DNA of 64,000 nucleotides from Dendrobates tinctorius (taxonomy: Eukaryota). The translations under genes and the position numbers were made by a program. Of the stretch, positions 1 through 12,080 are shown piece by piece (position 1 is the stretch's first letter; every line of letters begins with the position of its first letter). The stretch covers positions 57,226,001 through 57,290,000 of the forward strand of contig NW_027361696.1 in NCBI RefSeq assembly GCF_039654945.1, in the 5' to 3' direction. The notes beneath the pieces were generated by a model. It had not been told where the DNA came from. It searched no databases and saw nothing but the letters and a program-made list of their open reading frames with translations.

Positions 1-260
1 CTCTGGAGAATGATAGATGGGGCCCACCATACACTGGAACATTCCAAAGGTGGACATCAGACACTGGAGCAGCATTTACAGGGCCCATTATACACTAGAG
101 CATTAGAAATGGGGCCCATTATGTTTGGAGCATTATTTGGGCCCATAAGACAGTGGAGCTTCATCCATGGGGACCAACATATACTGTAGCATTATGTGGA
201 GCTCATCATATACTGTTTCAAACATTATATGGGACCAATTATTCTGTATGGAGAAATAGA
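1..260. repeat. Degenerate ~31-bp minisatellite (GAGCATTATATGGGGCCCATTATACTG-like), probably the interior of a non-autonomous DNA transposon ending near 407
   Basis: Recurrent actggagcatta...ggggcccattat units; reverse complement of the array at 20430-21050. Confidence 0.6.
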
Positions 261-719
261 TGGGCCTCGTCATGAGATGTAAAAAGTGAAGTATTTTTCA
301 TTGTACTATACCGCTATTTCTCTGCCGTATCGGAGCATGATGAGTTGTGGTATGTGTTAAAGGGGCGCTCTTTCGCCCAGGGCACATGAAAACCTGGAGC
401 CAGCCCTACCCCCCCACAACTTGAGCCAAATAACCCCCATTTTTCAGTGCGTAACTTGTATTATGAAGTTAATTAAGGTTGACAAGCTTAAGTAAGAAGA
501 ATTGATGCTTTTGGCATTCAAATGGGCACTGTAGGTGTGTTTCCTGTCCTCCTCTCACTGCCGACTTTTATTCCCCATTGACTTACATTGGGTTTCGTGT
601 TTCGGGACGACCCCGACTTTTCCCTATAATCGGACGATGTTGCTCGACCCGACTTTTGGAAAAGTCGGGTTTCACGAAACGAAACTCGACCATAAAAAAC
701 CAAAAGTCGCTCAACTCTA

Positions 720-881
720 TGCATTACACATTGGAGGGCAGGGAGAGAGTAACAATCTCTGTATTACACATGGAGGGCAGGGAGAGAGTAACAGACTCTG
801 CATTACACATGGAGGGCAGGGAGAGAGTAACTAACTCTGCATTACACAAGGAGGGCAGGGAGAGAGTAACAAACTGCATTA
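720..881. repeat. 39-bp tandem repeat, about 4 copies
   Basis: Unit gcattacacatggagggcagggagagagtaacagactct read directly. Confidence 0.9.
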
Positions 882-1935
882 TGTAACATCCCTGCCGGCA
901 TCACTGCATGGCTTCCCATCTTACTCACCACAACGGGCCATGCTGTGAGTTCTGTCCTCTGCCGGCTTCATGCTGTGGACCTCATGTCCTTGTTTGCTGC
1001 ATACTTCCTGGCTGTATGCTTAGGGTGGCAGCATTTCCTGAGTCTCATAGAGACAGAATGCACACCCCTAGTTTGGTCCCAACCTATTGCCAGGAGGTAT
1101 CAGGTACTTAAGGCATCTCCACCCATAGGGAGATGGCTGAGCAAAAAACTCTGTCAGTCTGTACCTTGCTGCTGACAGAATATATGGTAATTGCTTTTAT
1201 ATTCAGTATATAGAACTGAGTCTATAAGTTCATCTATGGTTTACTACAATATCCAGAACGCCTTGCCTGAAGTACGCATCATGTGCTGTCACTTGAAGTT
1301 TCACAACAAAAGTAAAAGAGTGGTTTGATGTGCTGTCTTGAACATATAGCACCCCAAATTTATGGATATGATTCCCCTCAACGTGTGTTACATTCTGAGA
1401 GAAGAGTGTGGTAAAGTCCCATGACCTGTATCAGAGTGCAATTGGGAGTCTTGATCAAAGATTATGGGTCCAACAGATGCAACAAAGTGACGTTGGCCAT
1501 GTGCATGGTAAGTATGTAGTCTACTGTCAGGTGTGAATTATGCTAGAAGTATTTAATATAAAGCCAACCCTTGAAATAGCCACGACCATTTTTGCAATGA
1601 CCTACTACTCGGAAATCACCTTAATCAAAATTGCCCTTAGATTAGCCAACAGTAACTTATTTTTGGCAAATTCTGCTACAGTATGTCTTCTCTAGGATGG
1701 GATGGGATGGGACTGTGTAGACTTCATGTCCTCTGTGCATCATTAAGCCTTGGCCATTCATAGCCCATTTGCAGGTTTGCCTGTCCTTGTAGGTACTAGT
1801 TGCAGCATACCAGGGACTCCCCACATGACCTGCTGTTTAGGAGATATTCTGACCCAGTAATCCAGCAGTCACAATTTGGCTCTTGTCAAAGTCCCTCAGA
1901 TCCTCACATTTGCCCATTTTTCCTGCTTCAAATAA

Positions 1936-2370
1936 AGCTGCCTCCTCACCACCACAGGAGCTGCCACCTTACCACCACCACCGGAGCAGCCTCTTCACCA
2001 TTAAAACCGGAGCTGCCTCCTCACCGCCACAGGAGCTGCCACCTTACCACCACCGGAGCTGCCTCCTCACCACCACCACCAGAGCTGCCTCCTCACCACC
2101 ACCAACGGAGCTGCCTCCTCACCACCACCAACGGAGCTGCCTCCTCACCATTACCACTGGAGCTGCCTCCTCACCACCACCACTGGAGCTGCCTCCTCGA
2201 CACCACTCCTCACCATCACCGGAGATACTTCCTCACCACCATTACTGGAGATACCTCCTCACCACCAACAGAGCTGCCTCACCATCACTGAAGATATCTT
2301 CTTAACACCATCACCAGAGCTGCCTCCCCACCAACATCGGTGATACTTCCTCACCACCACCGTAGCTGCC
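1936..2370. repeat. C-rich minisatellite, 23-26-bp units (ggagctgcctcctcaccaccacc)
   Basis: Many degenerate copies; explains the Pro/His/Thr-rich ORFs at 1800-2305. Confidence 0.85.
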
Positions 2371-3764
2371 ATAACCCCCCCAACCTACTGTCTACTTCCC
2401 AATTACACTTATCTGTAAGCCAACACAACCAGGTACCTATCCCCTCTGTACCAGTCTGTCATTGTTAGTTTGTTCACAGTAATTTATATGTGTATCTTCA
2501 TGGACAGCATCATGGAATTAATGGTGCGCTAAAATTAAATAATAATTTTAATGAATAGGGCTGTGAGGCCTTCGTGACACAAATTGACCCATTGGTCACA
2601 AGTCTACAGTACAGAGACACATCAAAGCAATTCATTCTGCAGAATTTTACGCTTGAACTTCCCCTCCTCCTCATACACAGACAGGGATAATACCGGATGT
2701 GCCTTCACAAGCACATATCCTCCTTTACATAATTCACCTCCATGCAACGCCTCTTCCCTTCCCTGTCACTCAGCACTGGATGAATCTGCGCTGAGTGTTG
2801 GAGAGGATCTGCGCAGATCCAGGGTCAGACGTAGACCTATCGTTACTATTTGGTGCCCGTTATATGTTATCCAACACTCTCAACATCTGCATAAAATTAC
2901 AAAATGGAAAAATAAATTGCTACGACGACCAGAATGTTGGGAAGAAAAATCCTCCCAATATTATTTTAGTCTTTATCCCTTTTACTGCCAGGGATTTATA
3001 TAGACAAGAAAATTGCTGAAGCAGAGTTGGGATTTAAGGGATAAGATACTGAGTGGACTTGAGTATTGCAACAGAACTAAGCAGTATAGCAGGGCTGGGT
3101 GGAGATGTAGCAGAGCCCAGCAATGTAACAGAATTGAGATTATCAGGAGGTACTACAACATAGTAGAGTGGTGTATGCAGAGCCCAGCGATGTAGCACAG
3201 GATGACAGGGAAGCATTGCATTGCCGTTGCAGCTGCCTGAATACTCAGGCTTCGTACTGTTGCCTGAAATGGCCTACAACTAGGCCTGAGAGCATGACCC
3301 CAGAGTTGTATCCAATTTATCATGGTATACTGATGTGCAAAGGAGCAGACACAGCTGGGACTTGGGGAGGACAGAGAACCTGGTGCTGGAGCACACTACT
3401 ATTTACATTGTCCAAGCTTTCTGCTATAAAGCAAATAAATATAAAAATGATGTTAAGGTACTATCTGATGCCTAGTAATAATTCTGTTGGATGAATGAGT
3501 TGTTGTGGATATCTGGATTATAGTAAAGCCTTTGATACATTTTCATACACAGACACAATAAATAATGTTTTACCTTGTATTTAATCTGCGTGTACGTCAG
3601 AGGATTTGCAGTTGGATAAATGACAGATATAAGAGTTGTTAGTGGTATGATTACTGAAGAGAGACTAGTATAAAGTAGGTGGACTGCAAGGTTTTGTGCT
3701 GGGTCGTGTTTCAATATATTTCTAATTGACACACAGAAGAAGGTTTGATAGGCAAGGTAAGCCT

Positions 3765-4060
3765 TTAGTGAGGCATGCACGTAGTGAGGGTGTGCCTGTA
3801 GTGAGGGTGTGCATATAAGGGTATACCTGTTGTGAGGTTATGCATATAGTGAGGGTATACCTGTAGTGAGGTTATACATTTAGTGAGGTGTGCCTGAAGT
3901 GAAGGTATGCCTGTAGTGAGGATATGCATGTAGTGAGGATATGCATGAAGTGAGGGTATGCATATAGTGAGGTTAAGCATGTAGTGAGGATATACCTGTA
4001 GTGAGGGTATACCTGTAGTGAGGTTAAACATGTAGTGAGGGTATACCTGTAGTGAGGATA
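3765..4060. repeat. ~18-bp minisatellite (tgcctgtagtgagggta), left part; resumes at 6090-6320 and 7939-7960
   Basis: Same unit on both sides of the LTR fragment and of the Tc1 insertion. Confidence 0.85.
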
Positions 4061-6089
4061 TGTGCCCCAGGGGTTGCTCATTTAAATTGCAGAATAGTGC
4101 GATGTGCCCCGCTATGCTGCAGCGGCGGCAAATGGGTCGTCCGTTCTGGTCGTAGCGATCGTTGTCTCTCCCTCTGGTCGGTGGGATCCTCTCCACCGTC
4201 GCCACGGGATATCATCTGGACTGGAAGCCAACTGGATCTTCTCCTTCGGGGGCACTTACATGGATTGCACGGTTTTGGCTAGGGCAGCCACACTTTTTGT
4301 CAGCTCCTGGACCTGAAGACGTAGTTCTGGAGATGGATCATTATCTAAGGTCTGTGCGTCAGCCTCCACAGGGGCCTGAGGGAAGGATGCCGGCTTCTGG
4401 TGGTATGTAATTGCTGGGTGCCTAAGGGGCACTGTGCGGCTGACATTTGGTTCGAGCAACACCCAGATAGCCCTATCTTTAAAGTCTGCAAAAATCAGGC
4501 CAGGGTTGTGTAGGGCAGGGTTTCCCAACTCCAATCCTCAAGGCACACCAACAGATCATGTTTTCAGGATTTCCTTAGTATTGCTCAGGTGATAATTGCT
4601 TCACCTGTGCAATACAAAGGAAATCCTGAAAACATGATCTGTTGGTGTGCCTTGAGGACTGGAGTTGGGAAACCCTGGTGTAGGGCCATGATGCACAGCT
4701 GTGTATTGTGGGTGCTGGACAGGAGTGCCTCAATAAGTTGCTCCGTTAACAATCTGTCTCCATCCTGCACGCTGTCTGGGTCAATCTGCTTTACGGCCCG
4801 CAGTGTCTCCTGAAGATTAGGGGCATAGTCCCGTATACTCTCCTGCACCCTTCGTTTGCACCCTAAGAATCTCATTTTTATCTCTACTGCAGTGCGGGTG
4901 TCAAAAGTGTCCTTCAGTTTGGTCAGGATCTGCTTAACAGTCTCTTTATCAGTGTCCTGCCAGGATTTTACTTCCCTTTGTGCGGCACCAGTTAAATGTC
5001 CAATGAGAATGCTGACCTTTTGGCTTTCAGAAAGGGGGTACACGTCAAACAAACTACACAGTCTCTACTTGAAATTGCTCAGGGTATGTGACTCCCGAGT
5101 ACTGCGGTAGCCAGGCCACTCCCGGGTATATGGCATTGATAGCGGCATTATAGGGACTGCAGCGGTGGTCGCCAGATCTTGCTGCGCTATAGGGGCTGCA
5201 GCTGCACCTGCCACCGAATCCTGCGGCACTATGGGAGCTGCGGCTGTGTCTGCCGCTAGATCTCCCCCATTTTCTTTCCCCCCTAGTGAATCTTAGCCAG
5301 GCTCTGAGTTTCTGCTGGTTTACCAGGCTGTTGCTCTGTCGGCGGGATGAACTGTGCGCGTCGGGTACCCAGGCCTCAGTTCCCCGTTTTCTGCCAGCTG
5401 ATGTCTGAGCTCGCAGCACTTCTCTTTTCAAGCTCTCTCAGGCTCCGCCCACGACGGCACTCCCCTTCTGCTTCCCGCGCACCATGTGGTGCTGTAATGG
5501 TGGCAATTCACCCATTTTCAACAAAGTTTTTGGCACACAATACCGAGGTACGGATCCTGTTCGTGATGCCAGAAATGGATCTCCCTCTTTCTGTCTGAAG
5601 CTTAGGTAGAACTCCACTCGCTTGCCAGGCAGCTGGAGCCTGCTTCAGGGGTTGCTCCTGTCTGGTGTCTCCGGCTCACATGTGCTGCTGTGTTGTCGAG
5701 TATCGGTAGGGGACAGAGGATCTGCGGTTTTCTGCCCTCCAGATTCTGCTGCCGGGGCTTTAATACCCACACAGCCTCAGGTTCCGGTGCCCAGTCACTG
5801 GCGCTCAAGCCTGGGGTGAGCTCAGATGGAGCTCCTATCCCCAGGTCTTCTCCACTCCTCCTCTCTCAACCTTGTTCAGGCTCTAACTCTCTCCACTAAC
5901 TTCCTCCTCCTGACCAGAGAGAGCAGCTCCCCTGAAGTTGGGTTTAGAGCTCCCCATGCTGGCCTGGATGCTCCCCTGTATGCTGGAACTACCTGATAAG
6001 GGGAATCCTTCTTTGTTTCCAGGCATGAAATCACTCCCCCTTGTAGGGAGGCAAGGCCATTGTGGCAACCAAACTCCTGGGGTGCGACA
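4061..6089 (-). mobile_element. Truncated Gypsy-type LTR retrotransposon: 5' LTR remnant, PBS and disrupted gag; pol absent
   Basis: Minus strand starts TGTCGCACCCCAGG at 6089. PBS TGGCATCACGAACAGGAT (5571-5554) is one mismatch from the complement of the vertebrate tRNA-Ser(CGA) 3' end, recalled from memory. The capsid-like ORF 5052-4678 continues after MITE removal, and a CCHC knuckle CRRCSIAGHIALFC lies near 4090-4130. Confidence 0.85.
4516..4677. mobile_element. 162-bp palindromic hAT-type MITE inserted in gag
   Basis: TIR CAGGGTTTCCCAACTCC / GGAGTTGGGAAACCCTG, near-perfect hairpin, 8-bp TSD GTGTAGGG (4508-4515, 4678-4685). Confidence 0.95.
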
Positions 6090-6329
6090 CCTGTAGTAAG
6101 GGTATGCCTGTAGTGAGTATGCCTGCAGTGAGGGTGCGTCTGCAGTGAGGGTTTGCCTGCAGTGAGTTTGCCTGCAGTGAGGGTGTGCCTGCAGTGAGGG
6201 TGTGCCTGTAGGACAGGTATATCTATAGTGGGAGTATGTCTGTAGGACTGGTACAATATATCTGTTGTGAAGGTATGTCTGTAGGACAGGTATATCTGTA
6301 GTGAGGGTATAAGACAGGTACTGTATATA

Positions 6330-7936
6330 CAGTGGGGAAAAAAAGTATTTAGTCAGTCAGCAATAGTGCAAGTTCCACCACTTAAAAAGATGAGAGGCGT
6401 CTGTAATTTACATCATAGGTAGACCTCAACTATGGGAGACAAACTGAGAAAAAAAAATCCAGAAAAATCACATTGTCTGTTTTTTTTTCATTTTATTTGC
6501 ATATTATGGTGGAAAATAAGTATTTGGTCAGAAACAAAATTTCATCTCAATACTTTGTGATATATCCTTTGTTGGCAATGACAGAGGTCAAACGTTTTCT
6601 GTAAGTCTTCACAAGGTTGCCACACACTGTTGTTGGTATGTTGGCCCATTCCTCCATGGAGATCTCCTCTAGAGCAGTGATGTTTTTGGCTTTTTGCTTG
6701 GCAACACGGACTTTCAACTCCCTCCAAAGGTTTTCTATAGGGTTGAGATCTGGAGACTGGCTAGGCCACTCCAGGACCTTGAAATGCTTCTTACGAAGCC
6801 ACTCCTTCGTTGCCCTGGCGGTGTGCTTTGGATCATTGTCATGTTGAAAGACCCAGCCACGTTTCATCTTCAATGCCCTTGCTGATGGAAGGAGGTTTGC
6901 ACTCAAAATCTCACGATACATGGCCCCATTCATTCTTTCATGTACCCGGATCAGTCGTCCTGGCTCCTTTGCAGAGAAACAGCCCCAAAGCATGATGTTT
7001 CCACCACCATGCTTTACAGTAGGTATGGTGTTTGATGGATGCAACTCAGTATTCTTTTTCCTCCAAACACGACAAGTTGTGTTTCTACCAAACAGTTCCA
7101 GTTTGGTTTCATCAGACCATAGGACATTCTCCCAAAACTCCTCTGGATCATCCAAATGCTCTCTAGCAAACTTCAGACGGGCCCGGACATGTACAGGCTT
7201 AAGCAGTGGGACACGTCTGGCACTGCAGGATCTGAGTCCATGGTGGCGTAGTGTGTTACTTATGGTAGGCCTTGTTACATTGGTCCCAGCTCTCTGCAGT
7301 TCATTCACTAGGTCCCCCCGCGTGGTTCTGGGATTTTTGCTCACCGTTCTTGTGATCATTCTGACCCCACGGGGTGGGATTTTGCGTGGAGCACCAGATC
7401 GAGGGAGATTATCAGTGGTCTTGTATGTCTTCCATTTTCTAATTATTGCTCCCACAGTTGATTTCTTCACTCCAAGCTGGTTGGCTATTGCAGATTCAGT
7501 CTTCCCAGCCTGGTGCAGGGCTACAATTTTGTTTCTGGTGTCCTTTGACAGCTCTTTGGTCTTCACCATAGTGGAGTTTGGAGTCAGACTGTTTGAGGGT
7601 GTGCACAGGTGTCTTTTTATACTGATAACAAGTTTAAACAGGTGCCATTACTACAGGTAATGAGTGGAGGAAAGAGGAGACTCTTAAAGAAGAAGTTACA
7701 GGTCTGTGAGAGCCAGAAATCTTGATTGCTTGTTTCTGACCAAATACTTATTTTCCACCATAATATGCAAATAAAATGAAAAAAAAACAGACAATGTGAT
7801 TTTCTGGATTTTTTTTTCTCAGTTTGTCTCCCATAGTTGAGGTCTACCTATGATGTAAATTACAGACGCCTCTCATCTTTTTAAGTGGTGGAACTTGCAC
7901 TATTGCTGACTGACTAAATACTTTTTTTCCCCACTG
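6330..7936 (-). mobile_element. Full-length Tc1/mariner DNA transposon (IR/DR type), 1607 bp
   Basis: TIRs 6330-6537 and 7730-7936 start CAGTGGGG and differ essentially only in homopolymer length; TA TSD at 6328-6329 and 7937-7938. Confidence 0.98.
6547..7569 (-). CDS. Tc1-family DD34E transposase, 340 aa, uninterrupted
   Basis: N-terminal paired-like HTH with GAPRK linker; catalytic [15 protein letters not shown] and SPDLNPIE with 34 residues between the second D and E; C-terminal KGYITKY. Confidence 0.97.
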   Translation of the reverse strand: MVKTKELSKDTRNKIVALHQAGKTESAIANQLGVKKSTVGAIIRKWKTYKTTDNLPRSGAPRKIPPRGVRMITRTVSKNPRTTRGDLVNELQRAGTNVTRPTISNTLRHHGLRSCSARRVPLLKPVHVRARLKFAREHLDDPEEFWENVLWSDETKLELFGRNTTCRVWRKKNTELHPSNTIPTVKHGGGNIMLWGCFSAKEPGRLIRVHERMNGAMYREILSANLLPSARALKMKRGWVFQHDNDPKHTARATKEWLRKKHFKVLEWPSQSPDLNPIENLWRELKVRVAKQKAKNITALEEISMEEWANIPTTVCGNLVKTYRKRLTSVIANKGYITKY

Positions 7937-8149
7937 TATGTAGTGAGGGTATGCCTGTAAGGAAGATATGCTGGGGTACAGCTTAGGAATGTATGCTAGT
8001 AAAGGGGATATGCGGCAGAGAGGGTATGTTTCAAGAGAAGATACACTATATGGACAGAAGCATTGTGGTGCATAAGTTCTGAATTCAGGTCTTTCATCAA
8101 GTCACTGAAAGCAAAAACAACGCGGTCTTAAGGAGCGCTGCAGCAATTG

Positions 8150-8740
8150 AAAAATAAAAGCACAAACCTTTACTAAAAATCTCTGCAACCCACAATGCGG
8201 TTCGATAGTGTCATGCTATCATCCTCAGGTGGGGCAGAGAATATGGAGGGAAGTGACATATTTAAAGGGGAATACACCACTACGAGTCAATGATCAATTA
8301 TGACATCATTGCACCATTTGTGTCCCAAATGGAAATAAGACACACATAGAGAAACTATATAAAAATGAAAAATACTTAAAAGAAATTTTGAATAATTAAA
8401 TAATTGAAAAAGACAAAAATGAATAAAAGAAAAATAATGAATGTGAAAAAATAGATAACATTAACTAAAAATAAAAAAAATAATAAAAAATAAAAAAGAT
8501 AAGCACTTAATCAACAACATGCTCTATGGTTAAATTTAGCCCCTCAGGTACCCAACTTAAAGATCCAATAACATTCTTTATTAATAAGGTTCCTTATTAC
8601 TTTTCATGAAGTCATTGGCACAGGTGACTCGCCCTCTGCCCGTACTATCATTTGTAAAAGAAAGGGTCATTCTAAAGATCTCACTGATACCAGCGCAGTC
8701 CTGTAATAAGTTGCCATTAATGTTATTTTTTGACATTTTT
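8150..8740 (-). mobile_element. Penelope-like element 3' fragment (GIY-YIG endonuclease C-terminus plus pLTR with hammerhead relic)
   Basis: Minus-strand translation near 8525-8600 gives LINKECYWIFKLGT/PEGLN (frameshifted), matching the Penelope E..WI..L.T..P.GLN tail; hammerhead-like motif downstream at 8189-8233. Confidence 0.65.
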
Positions 8741-8989
8741 TTCCTCCTGAGGCCATGTGCCCACGATCAGGAATAGCAGCGTTTTGGATGCAGTTTATTT
8801 TCGCTGCCTACAAGACGCTACGCTCTAATCATACAGGTTGCTAGGGAACCTTGGGGATTTACCGCATCTTATGAAAGGCTGTGGGGCAAACTATGCAGCG
8901 GAGATTAGCTTCTCCATTGCTGAAATTAACATGCTGCGGCTCGTAAACCCGCATCGCGGCTGAATTTATGCAGGGTCAAATAGAAGCAC

Positions 8990-11228
8990 AGTGGGCTGGG
9001 ATCTTCATGGCCGAGCAGCTGCATGCAGCCTTACATCACATAGCACAATATCAAGCGACGGATGGAGTGGTGTAAAGCCGCAACCACTGGACTCTGGAGG
9101 AAACGTGTTCTGTGCAGTGACGGATCACACTTCTATATCTGGCGTCGAATATAGTCTGGGTTTGATGAATGCCAGGAGAATGTTACCCCCTGACTGCATT
9201 GTGCTTCTTATACAGTTTGGTGGAGGAGGGATAACGCTATAGGGTGTTTTTCCAATGAAGGAAATAAATCCTTCAGCACAAAACATTGTGGATAGTTGCA
9301 GCTTCCAGTTTTGTGGGAACAGTTTGGAGAAGACCATTTTGTGTTCCTCATGACTGTGCCCAATGCATAAGGTCCATACATGAGTGTCCGCTCAGAGCCC
9401 GGACCTTAACCCCATCTAACATATTTGGGAAGGCCATATAGGCCCTTTTCTCTAACATCAGTGCCTGGTATCATGGACAAAAACTATTGTAAACCTTACC
9501 AGAAGAGTGACAGCTATAGTAGCTGCAAATGGAGGACCGACTCCATATTTATACCTATGGATTTAGAATGTGTTATAAAAGTTCCTATTGGTGTATTGAG
9601 GAGGGGGCACATATGTGGCGCCCCTGAGGCTCAGTCACCACAGAGGTACTGCACCTTCTCCTAAGGTGTAGTGCCTCACCATCCAGGTAAGGTGGGAACT
9701 CCTTTCCACACTCCAACACCTGCACCCACACAACAGGGTAGTTCTGCACAACCACATTGCGGCTCAGTGCTTAGAGAGTAGCAGAGCACCTCTGGTGGTT
9801 CCCTGCATGGAACACTGGATGTGCTGGGAGCTGGGTGGAGTTGAGATATATAAAAGAGTGGGCAAGTATAGGATTAGAGGTCAGTCAGTCGGGGGCAGTC
9901 TGACAGAAGGTCAGTGAGGAAGGAAGCCACTCGGGAGGAGTGGAGATCCCTGGAAGAAGGGATGGAGGAAGGAGTGCTGCAGCTGCCTCAGTGATCTAAG
10001 CCAGCTGGCACGGGAAAGGAACAGAAGGAGAAAGACGTAGAACTGCAACCTAAGCTTCCATAAGAGAGAGAAGGATCAGTACGGAACGAAGGAGTTGGAG
10101 AACAGAGAGGAGACGTGGGTTGGAAGAGGAACCCTGCCTATAGGTTCTCAGCGCAAGGCCGGGTCCCGGTCCCCGAGGTTGTATGGACACTTATGGTTCT
10201 GCAGCAGACACTGGTGGAGTAGTTGGCTGTAAATGCACTACTCCCAACTAAGACTTGGGGCACAACAGCAATTGAATAGAGAGCCAGGACTCCGGAGAAA
10301 GGGGTCCCCGAGAGAGGCTACAGCTGTCTGCCATACGAGTAGAATTGTTAGGAACATCTGACAGGAGGAACTCCAGAGTACCACGGTACTGGAGATCTTC
10401 ACACCTTAAGGCGCAATAGAGGAGTCGTTCAGGAAAGGTACATGTTGGCGGAGTGTTGGAGAGGAGCTTTCCATCTGGCCTGGAGGTTGACTGAGTCTCT
10501 GACCAGGAGGACACGGCCCGGAGGCAGGCACCCTTGTGTACCGCAGACTGTAAGTAAAGCTTTGTAACTGCAAGCCTCGGTGTCCTCCATTCATTCTTGA
10601 GCCAACCTGCTCAGCACCGCTACATCTGGGTACCATCCTTTACACTGCCTGCGCCTTTCCACAACCATTACCACTACACTGCCCTGGGACATCAGCCCTG
10701 CCTGTGGAGGGCTATACCATCACTGCTGCATCCTACCATCTGTCCCAGAGGATCTGTCTGCAGCGTCGGCTTAACACCTCCCTTGCCGAGCACCACAGAT
10801 GGCGTCACGAACTATTCTATTCCATTAAACTACATATACATGCCGGCATTGACTTGGGCGCCCAGGGCCACGGTCCGGGTCACCGCTGCTGTGACACATT
10901 CCCCTGACACCGGCCCGGTACCGAGTGCCCCGCGGCCCTGGGAGGGCGACCCAACTTGGCGTCACAAACAGGATGACGAGACCCGATGCCCCAGAGGATC
11001 TGTCTACAGTGTCGGCTTAACACCTCCCTTGCCGAGCACCACAGGTGGCGTCACAAACTATTCCATTCCCCATAAACTACATGACATCCCCGCCATTTCT
11101 TGGGCGCCCAGGGCCACGGACCGGGTCACCGCTGCTGTGACACAATCCCCTGACACCGGCCCGGTACCGAGTACCCCACAGCCCTGGGAGGGCGACCCAC
11201 ATACTTTTAGCTTTTGTAAATATAGTGT
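8990..11228 (+). mobile_element. Old degraded Tc1-like element (8990-9613) whose right end (11200-11228) was split off by an LTR insertion
   Basis: Decayed transposase motifs (QFGGGGITL, SPDLNPI-like gagcccggaccttaaccccatc) and TIR-like tail catactttt...tatagtgt after the LTR element. Confidence 0.65.
9614..11199 (+). mobile_element. Internally deleted Gypsy-type LTR element: full 5' LTR (9614-10953), PBS (10957-10974), then only the last ~210 bp of the 3' LTR
   Basis: Starts TGTGGCGCCC; ends GGGCGACCCA at both 10953 and 11199; 4-bp TSD CATA (9610-9613, 11200-11203); PBS TGGCGTCACAAACAGGAT; 10987-11199 repeats 10741-10953. Confidence 0.9.
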
Positions 11229-12080
11229 TTATTTGTATTGAAGGTACCGTATGTACATAGAAAAACAATATCAGTGAGGCAGGCAAGTCTGTAAGGAAGG
11301 AATGTTTGAACTCTCTAGGGAATGAATGGCCGCAGAAAAGGGATGAACGTGGAAAGGTATGTCAGTAGGGCCAATATATCTGTTGCAAATGTCCAGTCTA
11401 TTGGGAAGGTATAACTGTACGGAACGTATGTCTTTGTACTGATGACACAATAGTGGGTAATAGGGTTGATATTCTTAAAAGTTTCTGTAAAATGGGAAAT
11501 TATCTAGATTTATTGGAAAACCTGTCCAAATAAAACCTTGAAAAGAAGCTTCAAAATGAGTCCATATCATGTCCAGATAGTAGGGAAGCCAAGTAGCCTG
11601 CTTGGCTTCCTCCCACTGGTTAAAGAGGTTGTCCACTAGTTGGATAATCCCTTCTCAAATACTTTATTTCCCCTTGGAAAATGAAAACTCCTGATACTCA
11701 CAGCCTATACAAGCATTGTTCCAGCGATGACAGCGCCGGGTTCCCCAGGGCTCGCATGACATTGTTGTGCCATATGAATACTGCGGTCAGTCAGCAGTTG
11801 GTATTAGACTGCAGTGTTCACACCTTTCCCAAACATCTGAGGGTCATCTGAAGGAAGTGAGAGCAGTTACTGACTGGCTGCAGGGCTCCAATAGCATAAT
11901 GATGTCATGCAAGCGTCAGGAGACCAGGCGCTGACATCGATGGAACAGCACAGATACAGAAGGTGTCTAAGCTGCAGTAACATTTCTCAGAGATTCTTTG
12001 CCTTTGATGAATCTGGTGAAACATGTCGAGAAGGTTAGTGGTGAATTTTTTATAAATGAACGATGAAAACTATCAAAATA

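Noticed and set aside
882-1392. Possible solo LTR (TGTAACA...TGTTACA)
   Set aside because: Termini fit but no TSD (ATTA versus TTCT); unconfirmed
1800-2305. Pro/His-rich ORFs
   Set aside because: Repeat units of 23-26 bp cycle through frames; not a coding repeat
5554-5571. tRNA-like 3' end sequence ending in CCA
   Set aside because: Only 18 nt; it is a retroelement PBS, not a tRNA gene
6920-7660. 246-aa plus-strand ORF
   Set aside because: Antisense shadow of the Tc1 transposase
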